A stretch of DNA of 64,000 nucleotides. It comes from Gemmatimonadota bacterium. GTDB taxonomy: Bacteria > Gemmatimonadota > Gemmatimonadetes > Palauibacterales > KS3-K002. The stretch is taken from positions 1-64,000 of the forward strand of contig JBDHJS010000008.1 of assembly GCA_039586795.1 (NCBI GenBank), given 5' to 3'. The notes beneath the pieces were generated by a model. The model ran no database searches. It worked only from the letters and a program-made list of their open reading frames with translations, and was not told the origin of the DNA. The first letter of the stretch is position 1; every line of letters begins with the position of its first letter. A program made the translations under genes and the position numbers. This document shows, piece after piece, positions 44,019-54,058 of the stretch.

Positions 44019-45683
44019 CTACTCTGCCATTGGGATCTTTATGCTATGCTTCCGCGCGGTATCGAGGGCCGTATCGTATCCCGCGTCGACGTGGCGAGCG
44101 ACGCCTATGCCTGGGTCGTTTGTCAGAACACGTTCCAGGCGACGTGCCGCCTCAGGCGTGCCGTCAGCAACGATCACCTGTCCGGCGTGCAGCGAGTCGC
44201 CGATGCCGACGCCACCGCCGTGGTGGAAGCTGACCCACGTCGCTCCGCTTGCCACATTGAGCATTGCATTGAGAAGTGGCCAATCGGCGATTGCATCGCT
44301 CCCGTCCTTCATCCCCTCCGTCTCGCGGAACGGACTTGCAACGGAGCCGGTATCGAGGTGGTCACGTCCAATGACGATCGGTGCCTGAACCGCTCCACTG
44401 GCTACCAATTCGTTGATCGCCAATCCGAATCGTGCCCGTTCTCCCTGCCCCAGCCAGCAGATGCGTGACGGGAGTCCTTGGAAGGCAACCTGCTCGCTGG
44501 CCATTCGTATCCAGCGTCCCAGGGGTATGTCGTCCGGGAAGAGCTCGAGGACGAGTTCATCGGTGCGGTGAATATCAGCGGGCTCGCCGGACAGCGCCGC
44601 CCAGCGGAACGGCCCCTTCCCCAAACAGAAGAGCGGCCGGACATAGGCCGGCACGAAGCCGGGAAAGTCGAAGGCGTTATCGACGCCGGCGTCCCGGGCC
44701 TGGGCGCGGATGTTGTTTCCGTAGTCGAAGACGATCGCCCCCGCCTTCTGTAGGTCGAGCATGCCGCGCACGTGGTCGGCCATCGATTCCATCGACCGAG
44801 CAACATAGGTGTCGGGATCGCGTTCCCGGAGCTCGGCCGCTTCACGCAAGCTTACGCCCTTCGGGACGTAGCCGTTCAGAGCGTCGTGGGCACTCGTCTG
44901 GTCCGTGACCAGATCGGGGACGATGCCGCGGCGTGCGATTTCCGGAACGACCTCGGCACAGTTGCCCAGAAGGCCAACGGACAGCGCCTCACCACGATCT
45001 CGCGCGCTCATGACCAGTTCTAACGCTTCGTCCAGGTTTTCGGCGCTGCGATCCAGGTAGCGTGTCTCCAACCGTCGCTCGATCCTGTGCGGATCGACTT
45101 CTATCGCCAGAATTGCGCCGCCGTTCATCGTGGCAGCGAGAGGCTGGGCTCCACCCATCCCACCGAGTCCGCCGGTGAGAACGAGTCTTCCCGACAGCGA
45201 ACCATCGAAGTGCTGTTTCGCCGCCTCGGCAAAGGTCTCGTATGTGCCCTGGAGGATGCCCTGGGTTCCGATGTATATCCAGGAGCCAGCGGTCATCTGG
45301 CCGAACATGATCAGACCCTTACGCTCCAAGCCGCGGAAGTAGTCCCAATTGGCCCAACGGCCGACCAGGTTGGCGTTGGCGATCAACACGCGGGGCGCGT
45401 CGCTGTGTGTCTTGAAGACGCCCACCGGCTTACCGCTCTGGATCAGCAACGACTCGTCGTTCTCCAGCTCGCGCAGAGATTTGACGATGGCGTCAAACGC
45501 CTCCCAGGAACGGGCCGCCTTGCCCGAGCCACCGTAGATGATCAGCTCGTCCGGCTTCTCGGCCACGTCGGGGTCGAGGTTGTTCATCAACATCCTGAGC
45601 GCCGCCTCCTGCTGCCATCCTTTGCAGGAGATCTCTACTCCTCTCGGCGCTCGCACGGTTCGCGGCGCACTTACTGTGGACAT
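44019..45683 (-). CDS. hutU: Urocanate hydratase
   Basis: [50 protein letters not shown]. Confidence 0.97.
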   Translation of the reverse strand: MSTVSAPRTVRAPRGVEISCKGWQQEAALRMLMNNLDPDVAEKPDELIIYGGSGKAARSWEAFDAIVKSLRELENDESLLIQSGKPVGVFKTHSDAPRVLIANANLVGRWANWDYFRGLERKGLIMFGQMTAGSWIYIGTQGILQGTYETFAEAAKQHFDGSLSGRLVLTGGLGGMGGAQPLAATMNGGAILAIEVDPHRIERRLETRYLDRSAENLDEALELVMSARDRGEALSVGLLGNCAEVVPEIARRGIVPDLVTDQTSAHDALNGYVPKGVSLREAAELRERDPDTYVARSMESMADHVRGMLDLQKAGAIVFDYGNNIRAQARDAGVDNAFDFPGFVPAYVRPLFCLGKGPFRWAALSGEPADIHRTDELVLELFPDDIPLGRWIRMASEQVAFQGLPSRICWLGQGERARFGLAINELVASGAVQAPIVIGRDHLDTGSVASPFRETEGMKDGSDAIADWPLLNAMLNVASGATWVSFHHGGGVGIGDSLHAGQVIVADGTPEAARRLERVLTNDPGIGVARHVDAGYDTALDTARKHSIKIPMAE

Positions 45684-45728
45684 CGTTCCTCCGATCGGAT
45701 GAACGGCTTCAGAAGCAACCGCTCGCGG

Positions 45729-48575
45729 CTATTGGCCGGCCCCGCGGTTCTCCTGCTTATAGTCGAACTTGAGGTCGCGGAGGTCTTTGAGGTGGACCCC
45801 GAAGTTGAATGTGATGTTTCCGTTGGAAGCTTTCAAGAACTGGAAGTTTGCCGACCAGCGGTGCAGGTCGCGCCTGAAATTGATCGTCAGGTCGGAGAAG
45901 TCGCTGTTCTCGATGTCGTACGTCGTTCGAGCTGTCATCACCCAGTTCGGCGTGGGGCTGAAGCCGAAGTTCAGCCCGACCGTCTGCCGCGGCGGCGCCG
46001 TCTCTTGTCCTGGAACCGGCCGAGTTCTGACCAGACTGTAGTCGACCCCGAGACTCCACGGTCGGCGCTCGCCGCTGACGTTCGCTTCCTCCCGTTGCGA
46101 CTCGGCGTCGTTCATCAGTTGCCGCTCTTCTTCCAGGTCTTCAAAGGACTGGGTTCGCGGTACGATACCTTGCTCACCGGCGATGCCGCGGCCGAGCAGC
46201 GTGGACAGCGTGCGTTCGCCGATCGAGAAGCTCACGTTGAGCTGTGTGAGGAAGGGGTCAAAGACCTGCCGTCCTGCGCCGTTGCCGCCCTGCTCCACGA
46301 ACAGAGAATGCACCGTTCGAAACGAAAGTCCACGCAGCAAGTCCGACGTCATGTTATTGGAGACCGTATTGGTGGCCCATCTCTTCTCAACCAGGTCGTA
46401 GCTCAAGGCGGTCGTTCGGATCGCGAGGATGGTGAGTTTACGTGCCTCCTCCTGTTGGGCTTCCTCGACCCCCAACTCATCGGCCTCGATCTCGTCCTCC
46501 GTGTCTCCTGCGGCTTCGAGCTCGGCCGCGCTCAGAGGTGCTTCCTGCATCTCGGTTTCTTCGGTTGACTCTTCCCTACGCCGCGGGCGGAGCTTCGCTT
46601 CGAACGTCTGGTTCAGTCCGATGCTGACCGTGTGAAGCTCGCTAATGAATTGGTTTCCGAGGATCTCGATCTTGGCCGAGTCGGTCTTAACCTCGGGACT
46701 GTAGCTCCAGTTTATCGCCGGCGTGAACTTGTGCCGGATCCGCTCCACCGGGCCGGGGCCGGGGAAGAAGCCGTAGATGTCGGCATTAAGCGTCGCTCGC
46801 ATTGAAACGCGTGTCGGGGCGGAAATGAACGAGAGCCCCGTGATGTTGTTTCGCAGGTAGGAGCCGCTGAGATCGATCGACGGCACAATAGTGGTCGTTC
46901 CGATGATCCGCTGCCTGAAATTGAGCGCCGTATTCCAGCCCAACGTTCCGCTGACCGTATTGCTGCCGATTACCGTAACGGTCGTGGTGTCCTCTCCCAC
47001 CTCTATTTCTTTGGCCGTTGAGTCGACACGGACCTCGTTGTAGTTGGCACGGGTGTTCCAGCCAAAGGCACCGAGCGTGAGACCAGAGCTGAGACTACCC
47101 GTTAGCGTGCGCGCATCCGCGGGCCATCGCGTTGCGGTGTCCGGTCGCGGCAACGCGTCGGCGATTTGGTGGCTGAAGGAGGTGCTGCCCGTCCAGGTCA
47201 GTCCGTTATACCATCGCTTCTCGAGAGGCGACCGCGCTGGCGTGAGCACAATGGGAGTCAGCGTGATCGCCAGGTTTGGCAGCGTCATCGTGGTGAGGTC
47301 CTGGGACTGCTGTGATAGAGGCTGGATGCGCTGAGCACTGAGACTCATGTTGCCCCAATCGAATCGCCGCGTGAAGCCAATGTTCGAGCGGATATTCTGC
47401 GTCAGTTGCTCCGGATTGAATTCTCTCTCCTGCTGGAACTGCTTGTTTGAGACGTACTCAACAGAGGCGCGCAAGCTTGACCGTTCACCGAACTGCTGCT
47501 GGTGGTTCCAGGTGAGCGATATCTCGCGCCCTCCGTCGGGGACAACGAAGTAGGAGAAAGCGGCGCTGCCTTCGAGGAACTGTCTGACCCATTTGTAGCG
47601 GTAGCGGCTATCGAACCGCGTCCAGTTATCGCTCCACCAGTCCATACTGAACTGAGCGTCCATGTAGTCACTGATCGCCCAATAGTATCCGATGTTAGAT
47701 ATGTGTCGACTGCGATCGGAGTTGCGAACGATATCAGTTACGCCGAACTGCAGCGTCAGCAGCCCGCTGTGCCGGCCGCGCCGGATGTCCTGCGCCATGA
47801 ACGGGAACCAGAAGACCGGCACTTCGCCAAAGTACACGCGAACCGGCCAGGCAACGACGATGCTCCCGAGGATCAGCTTGATCTTGTCAGCTTCGAACCG
47901 ATAGTGGGCCTCGGGAAGGTCGCAGGTCGTGAAATGGCCGGTTTCGACCCACAGCGTGTCGGTGCCTTCCAGCGTGAAGTCACCCTGAACATGCCAGACA
48001 TCCCACTTCGTCGTACTGTTCTTGATCTTCCCGATCCGACGATCCGTATCGTAGAATAAGGGTCCGCTGTCGCTATTGACCTCCTGCCCGGCGGCATTGA
48101 CCAGCCGCATGTTGCCGAATCCGGTAACGTAATGCGTGAGGCCATGATAAACGACCGAGTCAGCGAAGTACTGGTCGCCTCCGCGTTCGATTTGGGCGCG
48201 TTCCCTGATATAGAGCGTCTGATCTCGCGTCGAGAACTGGAGCGTATCACCACGGTAGACGACGGCGCGGTATCCGGCGCGCTCCATTAGGGCTTGCATG
48301 ATCGAATCGGTGGTCGGGAACGGCGCGCCCACGGGTTCAGCCGGGCCTTCGCCGGTTGAATCACCGGGCGTCTGTTTATCACCCAGGCCGCCCTCAGCGT
48401 CCGGATCCCGGCGGGGCCGATCTCTCCTGCGTTCGGTCGTGTCCTGTGGAGCGTATGCGTGAGCGGGAGCGGCGAACGTCTGGTCGATAGATAAGCTGAG
48501 ACAGGCGAGCGCGACCACAGCGATGGAGATCAGCGCTCGTGTAAGAGAAGGATCAGTCAGCGATCGCCTCTGCAC
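45729..48575 (-). CDS. lptD: Putative LPS-assembly outer-membrane protein LptD (start uncertain)
   Basis: Signal peptide, FTTCD...HYRF, VPVFWFPF, IGYYWAISDYMD, RRDLHRW beta-barrel end; start could be ATG 48632, GTG 48575 or CTG 48560. Confidence 0.8.
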   Translation of the reverse strand: MQRRSLTDPSLTRALISIAVVALACLSLSIDQTFAAPAHAYAPQDTTERRRDRPRRDPDAEGGLGDKQTPGDSTGEGPAEPVGAPFPTTDSIMQALMERAGYRAVVYRGDTLQFSTRDQTLYIRERAQIERGGDQYFADSVVYHGLTHYVTGFGNMRLVNAAGQEVNSDSGPLFYDTDRRIGKIKNSTTKWDVWHVQGDFTLEGTDTLWVETGHFTTCDLPEAHYRFEADKIKLILGSIVVAWPVRVYFGEVPVFWFPFMAQDIRRGRHSGLLTLQFGVTDIVRNSDRSRHISNIGYYWAISDYMDAQFSMDWWSDNWTRFDSRYRYKWVRQFLEGSAAFSYFVVPDGGREISLTWNHQQQFGERSSLRASVEYVSNKQFQQEREFNPEQLTQNIRSNIGFTRRFDWGNMSLSAQRIQPLSQQSQDLTTMTLPNLAITLTPIVLTPARSPLEKRWYNGLTWTGSTSFSHQIADALPRPDTATRWPADARTLTGSLSSGLTLGAFGWNTRANYNEVRVDSTAKEIEVGEDTTTVTVIGSNTVSGTLGWNTALNFRQRIIGTTTIVPSIDLSGSYLRNNITGLSFISAPTRVSMRATLNADIYGFFPGPGPVERIRHKFTPAINWSYSPEVKTDSAKIEILGNQFISELHTVSIGLNQTFEAKLRPRRREESTEETEMQEAPLSAAELEAAGDTEDEIEADELGVEEAQQEEARKLTILAIRTTALSYDLVEKRWATNTVSNNMTSDLLRGLSFRTVHSLFVEQGGNGAGRQVFDPFLTQLNVSFSIGERTLSTLLGRGIAGEQGIVPRTQSFEDLEEERQLMNDAESQREEANVSGERRPWSLGVDYSLVRTRPVPGQETAPPRQTVGLNFGFSPTPNWVMTARTTYDIENSDFSDLTINFRRDLHRWSANFQFLKASNGNITFNFGVHLKDLRDLKFDYKQENRGAGQ

Positions 48576-49464
48576 TTCCCGCGGCGAGTCGCCTCCGATC
48601 CACAACGGCAACCAAGAGAATCGAAACCTCATATAGCAGGACCAGCGGCCCCATCATCATCAACATCGTGCCCACATCCGCCGGTGTTAAGATCGCTGAC
48701 AAGACAGCGACCCCGACGATGGCGTGCCGCCGGAAGTGTCTCAGCGTGCTGGCCGTGATCAGGCCGAGCAATGCGAGTAGTAGTGATACCAGTGGTAACT
48801 CGAAAATGATCCCGAAAGCGAGTATCAGCCGGGTGGCGAACTTCAGGTACTCGCCGATAGTGATTATTGGATTCAACGCCTGCGTCTGGAACCCAAGCAG
48901 AAAGCGCAATCCCAAGGGGAGAACGAGGAAGTACGCCATTGCCACGCCGATCAGGAACAGCGCGAAGCCGCCGATCACCGCCGGCACGGCAACTTTCCTC
49001 TCCTTCTCCATCAGCGCCGGCGACAGGAATGCCCAAACGTGGTGCACGATGATCGGCACCGACAGAATGATCCCAACGACGAATGACAGTTTTAGGGTTA
49101 CTGTCATCGGTTCGGTGGGACTCGTGAACAGCAGCTGGCCGTCCGGAACGAGTGGCTCGATTGGTACCTTGAGCAGCCCAATGATGTTGAATTGAGTGAC
49201 CAAGAAGAAGCCGGCCACCGAGAAAGCCAGCACGGCTGTTCCACCCCAGATCAGCCGCCAGCGCAACTCGTCGAGATGGTCGAGGAACGGCATCTCGCCG
49301 GTGCCGCTTGCCCGGCGCACATCGCCACTCGGGCCACGCGTCGCCATGAAGAAGGCGAGCAAGTAGAGAACGGAGAGGCCTGCGGCAATAGCAATATCCG
49401 ACCATGGCAGGCCGCCCAGCCAGGCGACGATCTCTGGTCCCGCAACCCCCGCCAGCCACCTCAC
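48553..49464 (-). CDS. tatC: Twin-arginine translocase subunit TatC with N-terminal extension
   Basis: MPFLDHLDELRWRL, PALMEKE, FELP, AILTPAD, LYEVSI. Confidence 0.94.
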   Translation of the reverse strand: MRWLAGVAGPEIVAWLGGLPWSDIAIAAGLSVLYLLAFFMATRGPSGDVRRASGTGEMPFLDHLDELRWRLIWGGTAVLAFSVAGFFLVTQFNIIGLLKVPIEPLVPDGQLLFTSPTEPMTVTLKLSFVVGIILSVPIIVHHVWAFLSPALMEKERKVAVPAVIGGFALFLIGVAMAYFLVLPLGLRFLLGFQTQALNPIITIGEYLKFATRLILAFGIIFELPLVSLLLALLGLITASTLRHFRRHAIVGVAVLSAILTPADVGTMLMMMGPLVLLYEVSILLVAVVDRRRLAAGSAEAIAD

Positions 49465-49997
49465 TCGCGCCGTCCCTCCTTAGACTTTCGCAGACCCTTC
49501 CCTAGCGCGGATTCGAGGAAGTCGAGCTGTGCCGTATCGTAGCCGCCACGCTCCGCGAGATCACGAATCGCCTCGAGGTACTCTTCTGGATCTTGGAAGT
49601 TGGTGTAGACCGAGGCAAATCGTACGTAGGCGACCTGATCGAGATCGCGCAGCCGATGCATGACCTGCTCGCCGATTTGCCAGCTTTCCACTTCGCCGGA
49701 CTCGCTACGTTCCAGACCGTCACTGATCGAGTCGGCGATCTCCTCAATCTGCGCCAGCGTTACGGGTCTCTTCTTGCAGGCCAGCTGGATTCCGCGGATG
49801 AGCTTGACGCGGTCGAACGCCTCGAAGCTTCCATCGCTTTTCTTTATGGATAGCGGCCGTTCTTCGACAACCTCATAGGTTGTGAAGCGCTCGCCACAGT
49901 CGTCGCACTCGCGACGCCGGCGAACGGCCCGACCCTCACGGCTCGTGCGCGAGTCGACTACGCGGTTCTTCGTGTGGCCGCAGTAAGGACAGCGCAT
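49461..49997 (-). CDS. nrdR: Transcriptional repressor NrdR
   Basis: MRCPYC...DSR...RRRRECDDCGERFTTYE; ATP cone; AYVRFASVY. Confidence 0.97.
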   Translation of the reverse strand: MRCPYCGHTKNRVVDSRTSREGRAVRRRRECDDCGERFTTYEVVEERPLSIKKSDGSFEAFDRVKLIRGIQLACKKRPVTLAQIEEIADSISDGLERSESGEVESWQIGEQVMHRLRDLDQVAYVRFASVYTNFQDPEEYLEAIRDLAERGGYDTAQLDFLESALGKGLRKSKEGRRE

Positions 49998-50040
49998 TTA
50001 GGTAGGAAATACGATGCCCGGCTCCTGGCCGGGCATCCCG

Positions 50041-50844
50041 TTAACGGCAATCCAATCGTTCGGCCTGATCTGTAGCCAGCCGCGACTCATCGCTCCTTGG
50101 GTATCCAGCCAGTATCCGCTGGAAGAACTGACAGGCCTCGTCTCTGTTTCCCTGCCCCACTTCGAGTAATCCCGCCTTGTAAAGAGCGGTCGGCGCGGTG
50201 CGCGAGTTGGGATAGAGCTCCACAACGCGCCGGTACTCGCGGATCGCCCGCTCAGCATCGTCTTCCTCCCGGTAGGTCTCCGCCATGTAGTACTGAGCAT
50301 CAGGCGCCAGCTCGTCCGCGGGGTAGGTCTCGAGGAACTCCTGGAAACCCGCCCGTGCCGTCCCATAGGCACCACGACGAAACTGTTCGATGGAAGCAGC
50401 GTAGAGAGAGCGCGCGTCGCTGCCGCTTGGCGGAGCGACGTCCCCCTCAGGGATGCTGTCTGGCGGGCCGAGGAAATCTGTGGGGCCCACCGCTCCCGCC
50501 ATGAAATCGGCGTCGTCCACCTGACGCTGCTCGATGCGCTCCCTGAGATTCTGGAGGACGATCTGGCTTTGGCCCAACAACTCCTGGATTTCCACCAGCT
50601 GCCGCTCCATGTCATCGAGCTGTCGGCGGATATCACCGCGCGTCTGAAGCGAAATGGATCGCTGTTGTTCAATCGCATCGGCGAGGGCGCCTTCGAAGTC
50701 GTCGATCTTGTCCTCGATTTCGCCCTGCCGTCGCTCGATAGACGCCAACTCCGCATTGATGTTGTCGACGTCCTTCTTCGTAGCGCAGGCGCTCGCCCCG
50801 ACAACCGCCAGGGCGAGCAAGAGCCTGCCGATCATTCTGTTCAT
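50041..50844 (-). CDS. cpoB: Tol-Pal-associated CpoB/YbgF lipoprotein
   Basis: ASAC lipobox, coiled coil, TPRs (YPADELAPDAQY...APTALYKAG); follows pal. Confidence 0.88.
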   Translation of the reverse strand: MNRMIGRLLLALAVVGASACATKKDVDNINAELASIERRQGEIEDKIDDFEGALADAIEQQRSISLQTRGDIRRQLDDMERQLVEIQELLGQSQIVLQNLRERIEQRQVDDADFMAGAVGPTDFLGPPDSIPEGDVAPPSGSDARSLYAASIEQFRRGAYGTARAGFQEFLETYPADELAPDAQYYMAETYREEDDAERAIREYRRVVELYPNSRTAPTALYKAGLLEVGQGNRDEACQFFQRILAGYPRSDESRLATDQAERLDCR

Positions 50845-50872
50845 CTTTCTATACTACTCCCCAGCGAGGGCG

Positions 50873-51460
50873 TTACCCTCCCAGGCTGCCGTAGTTCGTG
50901 ACGGAGAAATCGTCACGACGATTCAGAGACCACGCCTGGTCGTTCGACGCACGATCGAGCGGACGCTCCTCACCATAGCTAATAGTCGAGAAGCGGCTGG
51001 CCTCCAGGCCATAGCTCATCAGGTAGCGCCTCACTGCCTCGGCACGTCTCTGACCCAACGCTAGGTTGTATTCGTTCGAACCGCGCTCGTCGCAGTTGCC
51101 TTCGATGCGGAGCTCGATACCGGGGTACTCGCGCAGCACGCTAACCTTGCGTTGCAGGATCTCCTCGGCATCCGGGCGAATGTCCGACTTGTCAAAGTCG
51201 AAGTGCACGCGCTCGGCCAGGACGGTCATCACACGGTTGCGCTCCGCCGCTGCACGACGCTTCTCTTCTTCCTCACGGCGCCGACGCTCTGCCTCTTCGC
51301 GGGCGCGACGCTCGGCCTCAACGTCGACCGCCGGTACCGGTTCCGGCTCGGGCTCCGGCTCGGGCTCCGGCTCCGGCGCGCTACCGCCACCACACCCGAC
51401 GATGAGCAAGACGAGCGCCATCGTGCCTACCCGGCCCAGCTTGTTCTTCCAGTAGCTCAT
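50873..51460 (-). CDS. pal: Peptidoglycan-associated lipoprotein Pal
   Basis: IVGC lipobox; HFDFDKS, GNCDERGSNEYNLALGQRRA, SYGEERP, NRR. Confidence 0.95.
   Translation of the reverse strand: MSYWKNKLGRVGTMALVLLIVGCGGGSAPEPEPEPEPEPEPVPAVDVEAERRAREEAERRRREEEEKRRAAAERNRVMTVLAERVHFDFDKSDIRPDAEEILQRKVSVLREYPGIELRIEGNCDERGSNEYNLALGQRRAEAVRRYLMSYGLEASRFSTISYGEERPLDRASNDQAWSLNRRDDFSVTNYGSLGG
51338..51376 (-). repeat. Hexanucleotide (Pro-Glu)n coding repeat in the Pal linker
   Basis: PEPEPEPEPEPEP encoded by ccggag/cccgag units. Confidence 0.8.
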
Positions 51461-51475
51461 AGACCTGACCGCTCC

Positions 51476-52870
51476 CTAGGGATTGTTTGGTTGATTGCCC
51501 ACTGCTGCTTCGTCTATCAAGTAAGAGGGGGAATCTAAGCGCCCCGACCAGTCAGGCAAGCGGACGTCGAAGCCGCCGACAAGCTTGCGAATCCGGCCTG
51601 TAACGACGTCCAGGATCCAGAGACCGGCCGTCCCACCGCGCGTAGAGTGAAAAACGATATGGCGTCCGTCGGGCGCCCAACTAGGGTCTTCGTTTCTACC
51701 CATTTGGGTCAGCTGACGCAGCCCTCGACCGTCTGGCGCGACAGTGAATATCTCGGGAACGCCATCTACCCAACCGTGAAACGCGATACGGTCCCCCATC
51801 GGGGACCAGTCCGGACCCGCATTGTGCACGCTACGGTCGTAGATATAGGGCGTCAGCAGTTCGGGGTCCCCATCGCGCGTGTCTTTTGTGAAAATATGGA
51901 GTTGGCCGAGGCGATCGGAGTTGAACGCAATACGTCGGCTATCGGGCGCAAACGTCGGGGACAGCGAGTTCGAAAAGCGGGCAAAGGTCTTGCGCTCCGC
52001 GCAACAATCGCGTGCCAAATCGTACGTGTAAATCTCAGTTCGCCCTTCGATCGTAGCTGCGAACCCGAGCAGAGTGCCATCCGGCGAGTAAGCCGGCGTC
52101 ATGTCCATGCCCGGCAGATCGACTTTCTTCCGCGATATTCCGCTCTCGAGATCCAATACGAAGATCGCCGGGTCGCCATCTTTATATGACATATAGGCAA
52201 TCCCCTCACCGGAGGGCGCCCAAGCCGGTGACAAAGCGATCGTACTGTCGCGGGTCATACGCTGTGCCCGAAAACCGTCGCTATCGACCACAAAGATCTC
52301 CGAGCCACCCGGGCCCGGCGCCACGTACGCTATGCGCGTCGAGGCGATCCCTTCAGCGCTGGTTGCCCACTCCAGGACGACATCGGAAGCGCGGTGTATC
52401 GCGAGCCTTGCGTCGGGATGTCGTAGCGGTGGCAACTCGAAGGCGCGAACGTCCTGCAGCAAACGGAACACCACGTCGTGAAGCGAAAGCCTCAGGACGG
52501 GTGAGTCCGCGGGCCCCTCGATGACACCGACGAGAAGCCACACGGCGCCCAGCTCGTCCCACAACCCGTAGTTTATCGGCCCATCCTGCGGGATGTCCTC
52601 ACCGGCGCGCATCGGTTCCAAGCGATCGCTATAGTCCAGATCACGGAGGATGATTCGCCGCACGCTGTCAGCCAACTCTCGCAGCTCATCTGGCGCATCG
52701 ACTCTTGGCATCGCGATGCCCGGGCGGAAGGACGGCTGGTAGAGGATTCCGACTCTGACGTCGTTCGGAATACTATCGCGATCTTGCGCAGCGGCCGAGG
52801 TTGGTATTGCCAGGGCACCGAGCGCGAGACCGATCGTGAGTAAGTCGCCGTGTCGTTTCATTCTATTCAA
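51476..52870 (-). CDS. tolB: TolB beta-propeller protein
   Basis: GIASTRIAYV; repeated P.WSPDG/PD40-type motifs; upstream of pal. Confidence 0.9.
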   Translation of the reverse strand: MNRMKRHGDLLTIGLALGALAIPTSAAAQDRDSIPNDVRVGILYQPSFRPGIAMPRVDAPDELRELADSVRRIILRDLDYSDRLEPMRAGEDIPQDGPINYGLWDELGAVWLLVGVIEGPADSPVLRLSLHDVVFRLLQDVRAFELPPLRHPDARLAIHRASDVVLEWATSAEGIASTRIAYVAPGPGGSEIFVVDSDGFRAQRMTRDSTIALSPAWAPSGEGIAYMSYKDGDPAIFVLDLESGISRKKVDLPGMDMTPAYSPDGTLLGFAATIEGRTEIYTYDLARDCCAERKTFARFSNSLSPTFAPDSRRIAFNSDRLGQLHIFTKDTRDGDPELLTPYIYDRSVHNAGPDWSPMGDRIAFHGWVDGVPEIFTVAPDGRGLRQLTQMGRNEDPSWAPDGRHIVFHSTRGGTAGLWILDVVTGRIRKLVGGFDVRLPDWSGRLDSPSYLIDEAAVGNQPNNP

Positions 52871-52890
52871 ATGTCAGACGCCATGATCTG

Positions 52891-53625
52891 TTAGTATCGT
52901 GTAGGATCGAAGAAGAACGAGACCCGCAACTGATCCGAAGGATAGTCCTCGGGCAACGGTCCAAACACGCCACGCCGCCCAGCCGCTTCGATCGCTCCAC
53001 GCGCTTCCAGGTCGAACGACCAGTTGCCCGACCTGCGAACCCATGACACTCCCTCCACCGTCCCATCACGCAGAATCGTGAACGACAATTCCGCTCGCAG
53101 CTGTTGGGCACCGCTGGGCGGCCGCCAGTGTCGTTTGATCTGCAAGATAATGTTCGCCAGATACTCCGGGTACGGGAAAGGCGCTCCTTCGAGGCGAACC
53201 GGCTGGCCCTCCACCCCTTCGGTGCTCTGCTCTGGCGGCGCCGCAGCTCGCTCCTCTACCACGGGTTCCGGCTCCTCGGCCGCTTCCTCCGCTTCGGGCT
53301 CCGGATCCGGCGGCGGAGTCTCCTGTTGGGGTCGCTCGGTCACTGCCGGGACGGTTTCCTTTGGCGGTCGCTGCGGCTCCGGTTCGGGTTCCGGTGGTTG
53401 AGGCCGACGTTCAGGAACCGGAACCTGTTGAACGGGAGCTGGCTGGGGTCTTGCAACGAGCTCCACCTCGTAGACCTCGGGCCGAGATGGCAGAGTGAGC
53501 TGCGTAGCGCCCCAAAATATGAAGGCGAGGAGGCCTGTGTGCAGGCTCAGAGACCCGACGATAGCGCCCGTGGGCAGGCCCTCGTCCTGTCCGCGCGCTT
53601 CTCGACGGATGATCAGCCTCGCCAT
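52891..53625 (-). CDS. tolA: TolA/TonB-family energy transducer
   Basis: TM with SLSLH motif, Pro/Glu linker, IKRHWRPP...SGNWSFD...FGPLP C-domain. Confidence 0.8.
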   Translation of the reverse strand: MARLIIRREARGQDEGLPTGAIVGSLSLHTGLLAFIFWGATQLTLPSRPEVYEVELVARPQPAPVQQVPVPERRPQPPEPEPEPQRPPKETVPAVTERPQQETPPPDPEPEAEEAAEEPEPVVEERAAAPPEQSTEGVEGQPVRLEGAPFPYPEYLANIILQIKRHWRPPSGAQQLRAELSFTILRDGTVEGVSWVRRSGNWSFDLEARGAIEAAGRRGVFGPLPEDYPSDQLRVSFFFDPTRY

Positions 53626-53629
53626 AGCC

Positions 53630-54058
53630 TCAGCGTCTTCGTTGTACTGCCGGTTCCGCCACTAGACCGACCGATTCGATCTCCGCGGCTTTGAGGGCCG
53701 CAATGACCTTCAACACGACACCATACGCGGACGCCTCGTCACCCTGCACGTAGACAGCCGGCATGCCGTTCTGAATCCAGACGTCATGTATTGCTGCCTT
53801 GAACTCATCCAACGTGACCATCGCGTCATCGATGTAGATGGCGCCTTCCTTGTCCACCGATACGACGATCGCCTCCGATGCCGGCAGCGGTGCGACCTCT
53901 GCTTTAGGGACCTGGATCTGGACACCACCCTGGAGAATGGGGGCGGTGATCATGAAGATCACCAGCAGCGTAAAGGCGACATCGACCAGGTTTATCAGGT
54001 TGATGTCGGCGGAAAGCGGCATGCCCCGATCCTCGAACAGCCCTCTATTGTTCGCCAT
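53630..54058 (-). CDS. tolR: TolR/ExbD
   Basis: INLINLVDVAFTLLVIFMITAP. Confidence 0.9.
   Translation of the reverse strand: MANNRGLFEDRGMPLSADINLINLVDVAFTLLVIFMITAPILQGGVQIQVPKAEVAPLPASEAIVVSVDKEGAIYIDDAMVTLDEFKAAIHDVWIQNGMPAVYVQGDEASAYGVVLKVIAALKAAEIESVGLVAEPAVQRRR

Noticed and set aside
45087..46568. Long antisense ORFs such as 45087-46568, 22612-23727, 27460-28530, 5518-6600 and 34463-35563
   Set aside because: They mirror well-supported genes on the opposite strand. This is expected from GC-rich codon bias, and they show no recognisable motifs.
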